This document shows positions 8,411-18,536 of a DNA stretch of 64,000 nt, in pieces. The stretch's first letter is position 1. Every line of letters starts with the position of its first letter. The notes beneath the pieces were generated by a model. The model did no database searches. It worked only from the letters and a program-made list of their open reading frames with translations, and had not been told where the DNA came from. The DNA comes from Candidatus Latescibacterota bacterium. Lineage in GTDB: Bacteria; Latescibacterota; UBA2968; GCA-2709665. The stretch spans positions 2,304,001 to 2,368,000 of the forward strand of contig OZ242180.1 in assembly GCA_965205485.1 (NCBI GenBank), written 5' to 3'. The position numbers were made by a program, and so were the translations under genes.

Positions 8411-10873
8411 TCAACCTCCGTACTGAAAGCGGATTTCGCGTTCCTCGCTCTTGCCGCTGACAAGGTCCTTTATTTCGACTTCGAGCACGTTCACGCCGTG
8501 TTTGACCTTGTCGAGGTCGATTTCCAGGTAACTCTGTTCGTTCGGTTCGGTACCGTCATGTTCGTACGAAATCGAGACCGAGGGTCTCTTGCTTCTGAAC
8601 AGCGAGCGGAGACCGGACGCCACCGAACCGAGCGCGCCGCGGATGGGTTTCGAAACGTACCGCACCACGTACTTTACCCTGTAACGCGTCTGCCCGAATC
8701 GGTTCTTCTTCAGGTTGTAGATCTCGTAGTATGCGTATACCTGCTGGGCACCCCGGTAGTTCCGGGTCGGCATCGGCACAACCCATACTTCTCCCTTTTT
8801 GAATCGCTCCTGCAGCTTCGTTTCGCCGATTGTGGCGGCGAGTTGAATATCGCTGATCCGAAGCCGGTCCTCGGAATACGCCTTCACGTCCACCGTCTGC
8901 CGGTAGATGCCGTTGTGGCCGGAAAGCAGGTCCTTGATCTGGACCTGAAGGTCGTATTTTCCGGGCGGGACCTGGAGTTTGAGCAGTTCCGGCATAAACG
9001 CTTTCTGTACGCCGCTGAAATCGGCCGCGACCCTGTAGGCGCGACTGGAAGATGTACGATGGATAACGCTGTAATCCGCCGGGGCCAGAGCAAGCGCGCA
9101 CTTGACCTGGATGTACGACACGTCGCGTCTCTGTCCGATCTTGACCTGTGCGGCCGGTATTCCGTAGTAGACCTCCAGCGTGGTTCGGCCCTCCGGCGCG
9201 CGGAAGCTGGCGAGATCGAAGTAGAAGTCCAGCGGGGGGTGGTGAAACCTGGGGCGGTAGACGTCGGGCATGCGGGAAATCGCATTGCGAAAGACCACGC
9301 GCGGCGCGTATTCCGTAAACCGGGCAAGCCGGGACACGTCCGTGTCGAGCGATGGAGGCGGTATGGGCGCGAAGTCGAACGCCCCCGTTCCCCTTTCGTC
9401 AGTAAACGTAATTTCCATGCCGTTTCCGATACCCGTGTACGTCCAGGTTTCCCAGGGCACCGTGCCGACCTCGTTGTCCAGAGTGATCGGGGCGTACCCG
9501 CCGAAATTGAGCCGGGTATTCAGATCCCCGAACTCGTCGAAACGGCTGTTTTCCCTGATCGCCGCCATGGGATCCTGTTCTTTTTCCGCCAGTGCGGAAA
9601 CCTGGGAGGCGTCAATGCCGACGTCGTCGTCAGCCGTTGTCGCGCCGGCTGCATCGGGGGTAACCCTCTGGTCGAAGAGCGTGGCCTCCAGATGGCTGCG
9701 GTTCGCCTTTACCGGAAACACGGGGCCTGTAAACGTCAACAGCGCGGCTTCGTCGCCGTAGAGCGCCACCGCCATCCGGTCCCGTACGGCCTGGACCTTC
9801 GGATTCTGCACGAATTGCCTGCGCGTGGACCGGGACCGGTAATCCGGCTGTCCGTAGCGTATGTAGACCTCCCCTCGCTTGTCCCAGGGACTGGCGGCGG
9901 CGGCGAAGAAGGTCCGGGCGTACCAGACCCGGCGATAGTGCTCGATGACCCGTTCGTTGATCGCGGTCAGGATATCGGAGTCCCTCTTCAGCCAGAACCT
10001 GTGGAGGAAGGTTGCTTTTTCCTCCTCCGTGGCGGCCCGGTACGCTTCGAGTTCCTCCGCGGAGGCGACCAGTGAGATATCTGTATAGAGTTCGCGCTCC
10101 GGGGGGTCCAGCGTTTGCAGATATCGCTCGAAGAGCTCCAGGGCCCGTCCGAACCGCTCCAGGTAGAAGTGCGCCTGCGCGGCCAGTGGAAGCAGCAGGT
10201 TTTCCGACGGATGCGTTTCGACAAAGGGCGTTATGTATTCGTCGATTTTGTCGTACTGCCCGAGTTGGACCAGCGAGAGTCCGAATTCGTAGCGTCCTTC
10301 GGGGTTGTCGGGTTCCAGTTCGATGTAGGTCGTGTAATAGCCCAGGGCCTTTTCGTGGTCTTCTTCAAACCGTCCGTAAGCCTCCCCCAGGAGCCGGTAT
10401 GCCGGCCCGTAAGCCGCGTTGATCTCAATGGCTGACCTCGCTTCACCCACGGCCTGACGAAAATTGAAAAATGCCTCCAGGCCTCTTCCCGAGTTTCGCA
10501 ATCTGGCGAGTCCGAGCCCCACGTACGTGCCCGGTAGGTCGGAATCGAGCTTTTTCGCCGATTCAAACGCAATGATGGCGGACTCGAAATCTTCCGCTTT
10601 CAACAGGGCGTACCCCTGTCGCGTCAGGAGATTGACGTCGTCCGGAAACACTTCGACAAGCCTGCCGAGAATCTCGGCGGCTTCCTTATGGGCGCCCGAA
10701 TGCGCGTGCTGTTCGGCCGCGGATACCAGCGAGTCTCGCGCCGCGTGCGGAATGGAAGTTCGAGACTGCTCACCCGCGCGTGCTTCGGGCAACACGGCAA
10801 CAGCGAGAACCCACAGCCAGACACACAGTCGGACAGGACGGCAGAAGCTGCAACGACGGATTTGATTTTCCAT
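8411..10873 (-). CDS. TPR-containing GWxTD-domain protein
   Basis: Signal peptide, multiple TPRs, FWLKRD...NERVIEHYRRVWYA...PWDKRGEVYIRYGQPD, PWETWTY, beta-rich C-terminus with YYEIYNL. Confidence 0.85.
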   Translation of the reverse strand: MENQIRRCSFCRPVRLCVWLWVLAVAVLPEARAGEQSRTSIPHAARDSLVSAAEQHAHSGAHKEAAEILGRLVEVFPDDVNLLTRQGYALLKAEDFESAIIAFESAKKLDSDLPGTYVGLGLARLRNSGRGLEAFFNFRQAVGEARSAIEINAAYGPAYRLLGEAYGRFEEDHEKALGYYTTYIELEPDNPEGRYEFGLSLVQLGQYDKIDEYITPFVETHPSENLLLPLAAQAHFYLERFGRALELFERYLQTLDPPERELYTDISLVASAEELEAYRAATEEEKATFLHRFWLKRDSDILTAINERVIEHYRRVWYARTFFAAAASPWDKRGEVYIRYGQPDYRSRSTRRQFVQNPKVQAVRDRMAVALYGDEAALLTFTGPVFPVKANRSHLEATLFDQRVTPDAAGATTADDDVGIDASQVSALAEKEQDPMAAIRENSRFDEFGDLNTRLNFGGYAPITLDNEVGTVPWETWTYTGIGNGMEITFTDERGTGAFDFAPIPPPSLDTDVSRLARFTEYAPRVVFRNAISRMPDVYRPRFHHPPLDFYFDLASFRAPEGRTTLEVYYGIPAAQVKIGQRRDVSYIQVKCALALAPADYSVIHRTSSSRAYRVAADFSGVQKAFMPELLKLQVPPGKYDLQVQIKDLLSGHNGIYRQTVDVKAYSEDRLRISDIQLAATIGETKLQERFKKGEVWVVPMPTRNYRGAQQVYAYYEIYNLKKNRFGQTRYRVKYVVRYVSKPIRGALGSVASGLRSLFRSKRPSVSISYEHDGTEPNEQSYLEIDLDKVKHGVNVLEVEIKDLVSGKSEEREIRFQYGG

Positions 10874-11217
10874 AGCATTACTCCGCGAACCGGTGATCCG
10901 TTTGATTGGACGTCAAGAAAACAGCGTGGACCGTTCTCTGGAAAACTATCCAACCTGCCGTTCCGGGTCAACAGCCCATGATCGCAGAAAGGCCGGGTGA
11001 TCTTCTGAAAAGGGCATCCGCGAATACGGTGCCGCAAACCGGATCCACAGACTTATGCGGTCTATCTTTCGAACTAAACTTTGGGCCGGGCGCGCCGCAT
11101 GTCAAGGGAAAAGCGTTCCCGCCGGCTCCGCTCCCGAAAACCCTTGACCCATGCCGCCGCGCAAGCTATTTAATGGCACAGCAGTCAAAGCGACGACTTA
11201 CGGCGAAGGAGCCCTGC

Positions 11218-12279
11218 ATGCGCATCGACGAACTGGACACGCCCGTCCTTGTCATCAACCTTGACGCACTCGAAGAAAACCTGAAGCGATACCACGGTTA
11301 TTTCGAAGAACACGGCATCGGTTTCCGCCCCCACATCAAGACCCACAAGACCCTGGCCGTCGCCCACATGCAATTGAAGCACGGCGCGATCGGCCTCACC
11401 TGCCAGAAGCTCGGTGAAGCCGAAGTCCTGGCGGCGGGAGGCATCCACACCGATCTGCTCATTCCCTACAACATCATGGGGGCCCGGAAACTCGACCGGC
11501 TTACGGCCCTGGCGAAACAATTGCCGATAACCCTCGCCCCGGACTCCGAATTCACCGTCAGGGGCCTCTCCCGCGCCGCCGCTTCCGCGGGCGTTTCCAT
11601 CGGCATTTTGATCGAAGTGGAAATGGGATTCGAACGCACGGGCGTTCCCACGCCTCGGGATGCCGCTGATCTGGCGAAGCTCGTCCACGACCTTCCCGGA
11701 CTGGAGCTCAGGGGTTTCATGGGCTTTCCCACGCCGCCCGATTCCAGACCGCTCATTCAGGAAACCATCGACCTGTTCGACAGGGCCGGCCTGCCTCGCG
11801 GCGTCGTGAGCGGCGGCGGCACCCCCCATGCGCTGGACGCCCACAAAATCCCCGAACTCACCGAGTACCGCGCCGGTGAATACCCCGTGGGCGGCGCCAT
11901 GCACCTGGCCGAAGGTCGGCACACCGTGGATCAGTGCGCGCTTCGCGTGATCACCACCGTCGTGAGCAGGCCCACCGGGGACCGCATGTTTCTGGATGCC
12001 GGCAGCAAGTCATTGAGCGCATCCATCTTCAAGACGGAACGGGGAGACAGCATGGGACATATCGTCGAATACCCCGACGCGCTCATCGGTGTCGCGTCCG
12101 AAGAGCACGGCCACGTGGACATCTCACAGTGCCCGGTCAAACCTGAGATCGGCGAGCGCGTGCAGGTACTTCCCGTTCACCCGTGTCCGTGCGTCAACGA
12201 ACACGACGTCATGGTCGCCACCCGCAACGGAATGGTCGAAGCGACGTGGCCGGTCCACGCGCGCGGCCGGATCAGGTGA
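11218..12279 (+). CDS. DSD1/D-threonine aldolase family PLP-dependent enzyme
   Basis: LDTPVL, RPHIKTHK (PLP Lys), SGGGTP, DAGSKSLS, SEEHG, PVHPC motifs; AAGGAG RBS. Confidence 0.9.
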   Translation: MRIDELDTPVLVINLDALEENLKRYHGYFEEHGIGFRPHIKTHKTLAVAHMQLKHGAIGLTCQKLGEAEVLAAGGIHTDLLIPYNIMGARKLDRLTALAKQLPITLAPDSEFTVRGLSRAAASAGVSIGILIEVEMGFERTGVPTPRDAADLAKLVHDLPGLELRGFMGFPTPPDSRPLIQETIDLFDRAGLPRGVVSGGGTPHALDAHKIPELTEYRAGEYPVGGAMHLAEGRHTVDQCALRVITTVVSRPTGDRMFLDAGSKSLSASIFKTERGDSMGHIVEYPDALIGVASEEHGHVDISQCPVKPEIGERVQVLPVHPCPCVNEHDVMVATRNGMVEATWPVHARGRIR

Positions 12280-12282
12280 TTA

Positions 12283-12439
12283 GCAGCCTGTTGAAAAAGC
12301 CCATCCGGGCTACGGCCGGCCCTTGCGGTCGAAAACCTGCGTTGCGCTCCCTCGCCGAATCGCTGGATGGGACTGCGCGACTTGTCTTCGGCCACAATGG
12401 CTCGGCTTCGCCTGCAGAGCGACTTTACCAACGGACTGA
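12283..12439. mobile_element. MITE family A, copy 1 (157 bp)
   Basis: Imperfect TIRs GCAGCCTGTTGAAAAAG / CTTTACCAACGGACTGA, flanked by TA on both sides; homologous to 21379-21526. Confidence 0.75.
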
Positions 12440-12455
12440 TAAGGAAGTGCCTGCC

Positions 12456-14969
12456 ATGTTCACGTACAGGTCAAACAGGAAGTTGCTACTTCTCGCCGTT
12501 TTGTTGCTCGTCTTCGCAGCATCGGACTTTGCCGTTCCCAACGCGAGGGGCGTCGTGCCCCTCGATCTGACCCCCGATGACGTAGTGGGGAGTCGTGCCT
12601 GTCCTGGTGATTTTGACAACAATGGCGCCGTTGATTTCGTGGATTTTATATCCTTGGGCGTCGTGTTTGGCGCCTCTTCCGGCGACGCCAATTACAATGC
12701 GCTGATGGATTTGGACGGCAATGGCGTGATCAACTTTGGTGATTTTGTACTCTTCGCCGAAGTGTTTGGCACGACCTGCGAGCCGCCGCCGGCTGTTGCC
12801 CGTGTCACGGTGAGTCCATCGTCCGCGTCAATCGAAGAAGGAGGGACGCAGCAGTTCAGCGCCACCGCCTATGACTCGGTCGACGTGGAGATATCCGGCA
12901 AGACCTTCATCTGGTCGAGCGACAGCGCGTCGGTGGCCACCATCGACTCGTCCGGGTTGGCAACGGGCCTGGACGCCGGTTCCACGACGATCACGGCGAC
13001 CGTGGACGGCGTATCCGGCACGGCGACGTTGACCGTGACCGAGCCGCCGCCGGCTGTGGCCCGGGTGACGGTGAGTCCATCGTCCGTATCAATCGAGGAG
13101 GGCGGGACCCACCAGTTCAGCGCCACCGCCTATACCTCTGAAAACACGATGATATCCGGCAAGACCTTTGTCTGGACGAGCAGCAGCCCCTCGGTGGCCA
13201 CCGTCAACGCCTCCGGGTTGGCAACGGGTGTGGACGCCGGTTCCACGACGATCACGGCGACGGTGGACGGCATATCCGGCACGGCGACGCTGACCGTGAC
13301 CGTGTCGCCACCGGTTGTGGCCCGTGTAACGGTGAGTCCATCGTCCGTATCAATCGAGGAGGGCGGGACCCACCAGTTCAGCGCCACCGCCTATACCTCT
13401 GACAACACGATGATATCCGGCAAGACCTTTGTCTGGGCGAGCAGCAGCCCCTCGGTGGCCACCGTCGACGCGTCCGGGTTGGCAACGGGTGTGGACGCCG
13501 GTTCCACGACGATCACGGCGACCGTGGACGGCGTATCCGGCACGGCGACGTTGACCGTGACCGAGCCGCCGCCGGTTGTGGCCCGTGTAACGGTGAGTCC
13601 ATCGTCCGTATCAATCGAAGAGGGCGGGACCCGGCAGTTCAGCGCCACCGCCTATGACTCGGACAACACGATGATATCCGGCAAGACCTTTGTCTGGACG
13701 AGCAGCAGCCCCTCGGTGGCCACCGTCAACGCGTCCGGGTTGGCAACGGGTGTGGACGCCGGTTCCACGACGATCACGGCGACGGTGGACGGCATATCCG
13801 GCAAGGCGACGTTGACCGTGACCGAGTCGCCGCCGGCTGTTGCCCGTGTCACGGTGAGTCCATCGTCCGTATCAATCGAGGAGGGCGGGACCCGTCAGTT
13901 CAGCGCCACCGCCTTTACCTCGGACAACACGATGATATCCGGCAAGACCTTTGTCTGGACGAGCAGCAGCACCTCGGTGGCCACCATCAACTCATCCGGG
14001 TTGGCAACGGGTGTGGACGCCGGTTCCACGACGATCACGGCGACGGTGGACGGCATATCCGGCACGGCTACGCTGACCGTGACCGAGTCGCCGCCGGCTG
14101 TTGCCCGGGTGACGGTGAGTCCATCGTCCGTATCAATCGAGGAGGGCGGGACCCACCAGTTCAGCGCTACCGCCTTTACCTCGGACAACACGATGATATC
14201 CGGCAAGACCTTTGTCTGGACGAGCAGCAGCGCCTCGGTGGCCACCATCAATGCGTCCGGGCTGGCAACGGGTGTGGACGCCGGTTCCACGACGATCACG
14301 GCGACGGTGGACGGCGTATCCGGCACGGCGACGCTGACCGTGACCGAGCCGCCGCCGGTCGTGGCCCGTGTGACGGTGAGTCCATCGTCCGTATCAATCG
14401 AGGAGGGCGGGACCCACCAGTTCAGCGCCACCGCCTTTACCTCGGACAACACGATGATATCCGGCAAGACCTTCGCCTGGTCGAGCAGCAGCCCCTCGGT
14501 GGCGACCATCAACGCGTCCGGGTTGGCAACGGGGGTGGACGCCGGTTCCACGACGATCACGGCGACCGTGGACGGCATATCCGGCACTGCTTCGCTGACC
14601 GTGACGGATGCGGCGCCACGAAGCCGTACCGGTACGATCGGCGGACGAAACAACTATTCATCAGGCGGGTCGGTGACGCTAAGCGAGACTTCCGACGGGA
14701 AGCTCAGACTCAGCATTACCGGACTGTCAACGCCGGGCGGGGCGCCGGATGTGTTTGTAGCTCTTTACACCAGCGCCAACATTAACTGGCCCAAAGGCGG
14801 TTCTTTACCTGCCGGCGCCGTGGAATTTGGTGAAGTGTCACGGCAGTCGGGGAATAAGTCATGGACGTTTACTCCTGGCAGTGGAAAGAATATCAATTCA
14901 TGGAGCCACCTCATTCTTCATTGCAGGCTGATCAACAGGGAAGTCGGAAGCGCTTCATTGGGCAATTGA
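12456..14969 (+). CDS. Surface protein: signal peptide, paired EF-hand/dockerin-like tag, 7 x Big_2 Ig-like repeats, C-terminal DM13-like domain
   Basis: GDFDNNGAVDFVDF...DLDGNGVINFGDF; 87-aa repeats (VTVSPSS...WTSSSPSVATV..SGLATGVDAGSTTITAT); C-terminal GAPDVFVAL...LILHC...VGSASL. Confidence 0.85.
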   Translation: MFTYRSNRKLLLLAVLLLVFAASDFAVPNARGVVPLDLTPDDVVGSRACPGDFDNNGAVDFVDFISLGVVFGASSGDANYNALMDLDGNGVINFGDFVLFAEVFGTTCEPPPAVARVTVSPSSASIEEGGTQQFSATAYDSVDVEISGKTFIWSSDSASVATIDSSGLATGLDAGSTTITATVDGVSGTATLTVTEPPPAVARVTVSPSSVSIEEGGTHQFSATAYTSENTMISGKTFVWTSSSPSVATVNASGLATGVDAGSTTITATVDGISGTATLTVTVSPPVVARVTVSPSSVSIEEGGTHQFSATAYTSDNTMISGKTFVWASSSPSVATVDASGLATGVDAGSTTITATVDGVSGTATLTVTEPPPVVARVTVSPSSVSIEEGGTRQFSATAYDSDNTMISGKTFVWTSSSPSVATVNASGLATGVDAGSTTITATVDGISGKATLTVTESPPAVARVTVSPSSVSIEEGGTRQFSATAFTSDNTMISGKTFVWTSSSTSVATINSSGLATGVDAGSTTITATVDGISGTATLTVTESPPAVARVTVSPSSVSIEEGGTHQFSATAFTSDNTMISGKTFVWTSSSASVATINASGLATGVDAGSTTITATVDGVSGTATLTVTEPPPVVARVTVSPSSVSIEEGGTHQFSATAFTSDNTMISGKTFAWSSSSPSVATINASGLATGVDAGSTTITATVDGISGTASLTVTDAAPRSRTGTIGGRNNYSSGGSVTLSETSDGKLRLSITGLSTPGGAPDVFVALYTSANINWPKGGSLPAGAVEFGEVSRQSGNKSWTFTPGSGKNINSWSHLILHCRLINREVGSASLGN
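12780..14606 (+). repeat. Seven tandem 261-bp intragenic repeats
   Basis: Near-identical units at 261-nt period (7 x 261 = 1827 nt). Confidence 0.95.
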
Positions 14970-14987
14970 TAAGCAAAGGAGAATTAA

Positions 14988-15812
14988 GTGAAAGGGTTTG
15001 TTCTTGCCGGGTTGCTTACGGGCGTGATGATATTGGATTTCTCCATCGCCTTCGCGGGTGGATGGACGCAGCTGAAGGGTAAGGGGTATTTCAAACTCAG
15101 CCAGCAGGTAATCAGCGCCGAGTCGCTTTTCATCGCGAATGGATCGAAGACCGAGATCCCGACCGTGAGCGGCTATACGACAAGTCTTTACGGTGAATTC
15201 GGCGTGACTGACCGGGTGACGCTGGTGGGCTACATGCCGGTCTATACGCACTTCGGCGTGGACGCCGAAGGGTTGGATTCAACGTCCGGTGTTGGCGATG
15301 GGGACGCAGGTGTCAGGATCGGGATTCTGACAAAAGGACCAACGGCGGTCAGTCTGCAGGCCATGGCAGGATTGCCGCTGGGCGAATCAGGGGGGGATAT
15401 CGTCCTCTGGACAGGCGACGGCGAATTCAATCAGCATGTTTCCCTTCAAGCAGGCCATTCGCTCTTTCCCGCACCTGCCTATCTGATAGGTGAGATCGGA
15501 TACAACAACCGAAAGAGCAGTGACAATCGCGATGAAAACTACGCGGACGAGTTTCGATACAGTCTGCAGGCTGGATATACGTTCGCCGAGCGAATATACG
15601 TCTCGGTCTGGCTCCGCGGGGTCGAAGCCCTCGACAGAGCAGATGATGAGTTTCACCCGCGCAACGATCTCGAGTACCTGTCCTTTGGATCCCAGATCGA
15701 TTTCCATGTTTCTCCCAACGCGGGAATTACCGCCGGCATTTCGAGGTTCGCGCGAAGCCACAACCTGCTCGATGCCCCTGTCTGGGAAGTCGGGTTGTTC
15801 TTGAAACTGTAG
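14988..15812 (+). CDS. Putative outer-membrane beta-barrel protein
   Basis: Signal peptide, GWTQLKGKGYFKL N-terminus, alternating amphipathic strands; AAGGAG RBS. Confidence 0.65.
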   Translation: MKGFVLAGLLTGVMILDFSIAFAGGWTQLKGKGYFKLSQQVISAESLFIANGSKTEIPTVSGYTTSLYGEFGVTDRVTLVGYMPVYTHFGVDAEGLDSTSGVGDGDAGVRIGILTKGPTAVSLQAMAGLPLGESGGDIVLWTGDGEFNQHVSLQAGHSLFPAPAYLIGEIGYNNRKSSDNRDENYADEFRYSLQAGYTFAERIYVSVWLRGVEALDRADDEFHPRNDLEYLSFGSQIDFHVSPNAGITAGISRFARSHNLLDAPVWEVGLFLKL

Positions 15813-15988
15813 ATCGCTGCCGGCCGATCGCGACTTCGACGCGGTGTCGACGTAATCATTAACGCGGCGGCCTGCCCCGCGATGTCAGACCGCTCAATGC
15901 CGCCTGGTATGCTGCGCACGGATGAACGTCTGGCCGGAGCCGTGCATTACGTTCGCCTGAGGATGGCCATCAGTATGTTGTCGTCTCC

Positions 15989-16015
15989 CTCACTGGGAAT
16001 TTTAAAGCAGCTTCT
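15989..16015. mobile_element. Solo terminal inverted repeat of MITE family B
   Basis: CTCACTGGGAATTTTAAAGCAGCTTCT matches the ends of element 49893-50102. Confidence 0.6.
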
Positions 16016-16097
16016 GAGGAACTCGACGACGGAGCGGAAGCACCTGCGCCGAATCCCGTCTACGACCGTTGTTTCGGAGGCGCCGGGCGGATCATGC

Positions 16098-16146
16098 TTG
16101 ACCTTCGGCGGGTGATATCGTATGATGAGAGCATTATGCCATCATA
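16098..16146 (+). promoter_or_regulatory. sigma70 promoter of the vapBC operon with overlapping operator palindrome
   Basis: TTGACC-17 nt-TATGAT; inverted repeat TATGATG (16121-27) / CATCATA (16140-46). Confidence 0.7.
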
Positions 16147-16177
16147 AAATGATTGCATCTTATGGAGGGAATGCGCC

Positions 16178-16450
16178 GTGGCGGATATTCTGAAGAGCAT
16201 GACCCTGCGTGGGATGGACTCCCGGCTTGCGGCCAAATTAAGGGAGGTGGCGAAGCGTGAAGGAAAGAGCATGAACCAGACGGCGCTGGACGCATTGCGA
16301 CAGCAGTTCGGATTGGACAAGCCACGCCGGTTCACCGAGGTCCATAGCGACCTGGACCACCTGTTCGGACGTTGGGACGAGGATGAGTTTGCCCGAATCC
16401 AGGGGAAGATCGACTCCGAGCGACGCATCGATCCGGAACTCTGGCGGTGA
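16178..16450 (+). CDS. FitA/VapB-like ribbon-helix-helix antitoxin
   Basis: MTLRGMD..L...L...A.REGKSMNQ motif; DLDHLFGRW; overlaps the toxin start. Confidence 0.85.
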   Translation: MADILKSMTLRGMDSRLAAKLREVAKREGKSMNQTALDALRQQFGLDKPRRFTEVHSDLDHLFGRWDEDEFARIQGKIDSERRIDPELWR

Positions 16451-16893
16451 ACGAATTCCTGATTGATACCAACGTTTACTCGCACGCCATGCGCGCGGAG
16501 CCGGCGATTGTCTCATTGCTTCGACGAGCTTCGCGAATCGTGATGAGTTCGATCAGTATCGGAGAACTGCTATCGGGCTTCAAGGGCGGCATCCGGGAGC
16601 GCAGGAACCGCGATGAACTGGCCGAATTCCTCGACTCGCCACGCGTGCAGACATGCGCCGTCAGCGAGACTACAGCCGAGTTCTATGCCGAGGTTCTGGA
16701 CGGGTTAAGGCGTGCCGGGACCCCGATCCCTACGAACGACATCTGGATCGCGGCTCAGACCATGGAACACGGTTTGCGGCTGGTCTCGTTGGATCGCCAC
16801 TTTGCATCCGTGCCGGGACTGCTTCTGGTTTCACCGGAGGCGCCGGCGCCGCAAGGGGAACAGGGAGACCGCGACGAACAATCGGCAAGCTGA
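16447..16893 (+). CDS. vapC: VapC PIN-domain toxin
   Basis: LIDTNVY, IGEL, PTNDIWIAA, SLDRHF acidic PIN motifs. Confidence 0.92.
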   Translation: MNEFLIDTNVYSHAMRAEPAIVSLLRRASRIVMSSISIGELLSGFKGGIRERRNRDELAEFLDSPRVQTCAVSETTAEFYAEVLDGLRRAGTPIPTNDIWIAAQTMEHGLRLVSLDRHFASVPGLLLVSPEAPAPQGEQGDRDEQSAS

Positions 16894-16954
16894 TCCGTTC
16901 GTGAAACAAGAGGCGTCGCAGCCCGGACACGCTCTATTTGCCACAGTTTACCCC

Positions 16955-18052
16955 ATGCCCAGGACCGATTTTGGACACATCCGATTCGTCCGCCTCAACG
17001 CCGAGGTCATTGCGGTCAGTCCGACCGAGGCGGCCCTGTACAGGCACTACGGGATCGCGCCTGTCCTGGTGGATGCGTACGAACCGGACGACATTATCGC
17101 GGGTGTTGCGGATTGCGACGCCCTGGCCGTCGTGTCGGCGTCCCTTCCCGAGGAGGTCATCAGGAGCCTCGCCAGGTGCAGGATCATTTCCCGTCTGGGC
17201 AACGGCACGGACAAGATCGACGTGGAGGCCGCCACGCGTGACGGCATCGTCGTCTCCAATGTCCCCACGTTCTGCAACGAAGAAATGGCCGACCACGTCA
17301 TGGCTTTCCTGCTCGGCCTCGCCCGGCGAATTCCCGCAATGTCAAGGCACTTTTACGCCGGCAGGTTCCAGAGAGCGCGGGACGAAGGTCTCATGCTGCA
17401 GCGCATCTCGGCCCTCACGCTCGGTCTGATCGGTTTCGGCGCATCGGCCAAAGCGGTCGTGCGACGGGCAAAGCCCTTCGGCCTGAGGCTGCTGGCCACC
17501 AGGAAAAATATGCGTGCGCCGCGGGACGAAGCCGATGCCCTCGGCGTGAGGATGGTGGACCTCGACACGCTGTTGGCGGAGTCGGACTTCGTCTCTCTGC
17601 ACCTGCCTCTCACGAAGGAGACCTATCGCCTGCTGGACGCGCCCACCCTAAGGAAAATGAAACCGGGATCCTTTTTCATCAATACCTGCCGGGGCGCGAT
17701 AACGGACGAAAGCGCCCTGGCCGACCTTCTGCGAAGCGGACATCTGGGCGGCGCCGCCATTGACACATTCGACGATATCGAGATCTTCGGCGAACAGGAG
17801 GCGCCGCCCGACCACGCGCTCGCCCGGCTCGACAACGTGGTCCTGACCCCGCACGTCTCCGGCCTGTCCGTGCAGGCCAGCCAGGACGTGGCGATTACGG
17901 GTGTGGAGAACCTCGTCTCGGTGCTCAACCGCCGCTGGCCCCATCCGGACAACATCGTCAACACCGGCGTTCGTCCGCGCCTCCCGCTGAAGGAACACGA
18001 TCCCGCGTTGTTCGATCATCGAAAGGACGTCACGCTGCAAGCCCGGAATTGA
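16955..18052 (+). CDS. D-isomer-specific 2-hydroxyacid dehydrogenase (CtBP-like)
   Basis: GLIGFGAS, SDFVSLHLPL, INTCRG, LTPHVS motifs. Confidence 0.9.
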   Translation: MPRTDFGHIRFVRLNAEVIAVSPTEAALYRHYGIAPVLVDAYEPDDIIAGVADCDALAVVSASLPEEVIRSLARCRIISRLGNGTDKIDVEAATRDGIVVSNVPTFCNEEMADHVMAFLLGLARRIPAMSRHFYAGRFQRARDEGLMLQRISALTLGLIGFGASAKAVVRRAKPFGLRLLATRKNMRAPRDEADALGVRMVDLDTLLAESDFVSLHLPLTKETYRLLDAPTLRKMKPGSFFINTCRGAITDESALADLLRSGHLGGAAIDTFDDIEIFGEQEAPPDHALARLDNVVLTPHVSGLSVQASQDVAITGVENLVSVLNRRWPHPDNIVNTGVRPRLPLKEHDPALFDHRKDVTLQARN

Positions 18053-18110
18053 CCGCGCCGCTTCCCGCATCATCGCGGCGCCACATGAATCAATTCAGGA
18101 GAGGATTTCC

Positions 18111-18476
18111 ATGGCAAAACAGGTGAGCCCCGAGCCCTTCTACTCCATGTCCCGCCGCGCCGGCGACCTGCTGTTTCTCTCCGGCTTCGGCCCCGTCGAG
18201 GGCGCCGAGGTCGTCGGGAAGAGTATCGAAGAACAGACCATCTTCACCATGGACAACATGGTGCGGGTGCTGGAAAGCGAAGGCGCCACCTTCGACGACG
18301 TCGTCCGCGTCAACGTCTTCCTCCTGGACATGGCGGACCGCGACGGATTCAATCGCACCTATATGCGGTACTTCAGAAACAAAAGCCGGATGCCCACAAG
18401 ACGCCTGGTCGGCGCCGGCGACATGTTTAAGGGCATCCTCGTCGAAATCGACGCCGTCGCGTATCTGGGTGAATAG
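18111..18476 (+). CDS. RidA/YjgF family protein
   Basis: YS...AGDLLFLSG, VRVNVFL, PTR, LVEIDAVA. Confidence 0.9.
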   Translation: MAKQVSPEPFYSMSRRAGDLLFLSGFGPVEGAEVVGKSIEEQTIFTMDNMVRVLESEGATFDDVVRVNVFLLDMADRDGFNRTYMRYFRNKSRMPTRRLVGAGDMFKGILVEIDAVAYLGE

Positions 18477-18536
18477 CGGGTCCCCGGTCGGCCGATGCTG
18501 GAGGCGCGCTTCCCCTCGCAAACTCGGAGATGGACC

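Noticed and set aside
12780..14606. Regular repeat array as a possible CRISPR or DGR template
   Set aside because: 261-bp in-frame coding repeats with no spacers, no adenine-specific variation, and no RT or cas genes nearby.
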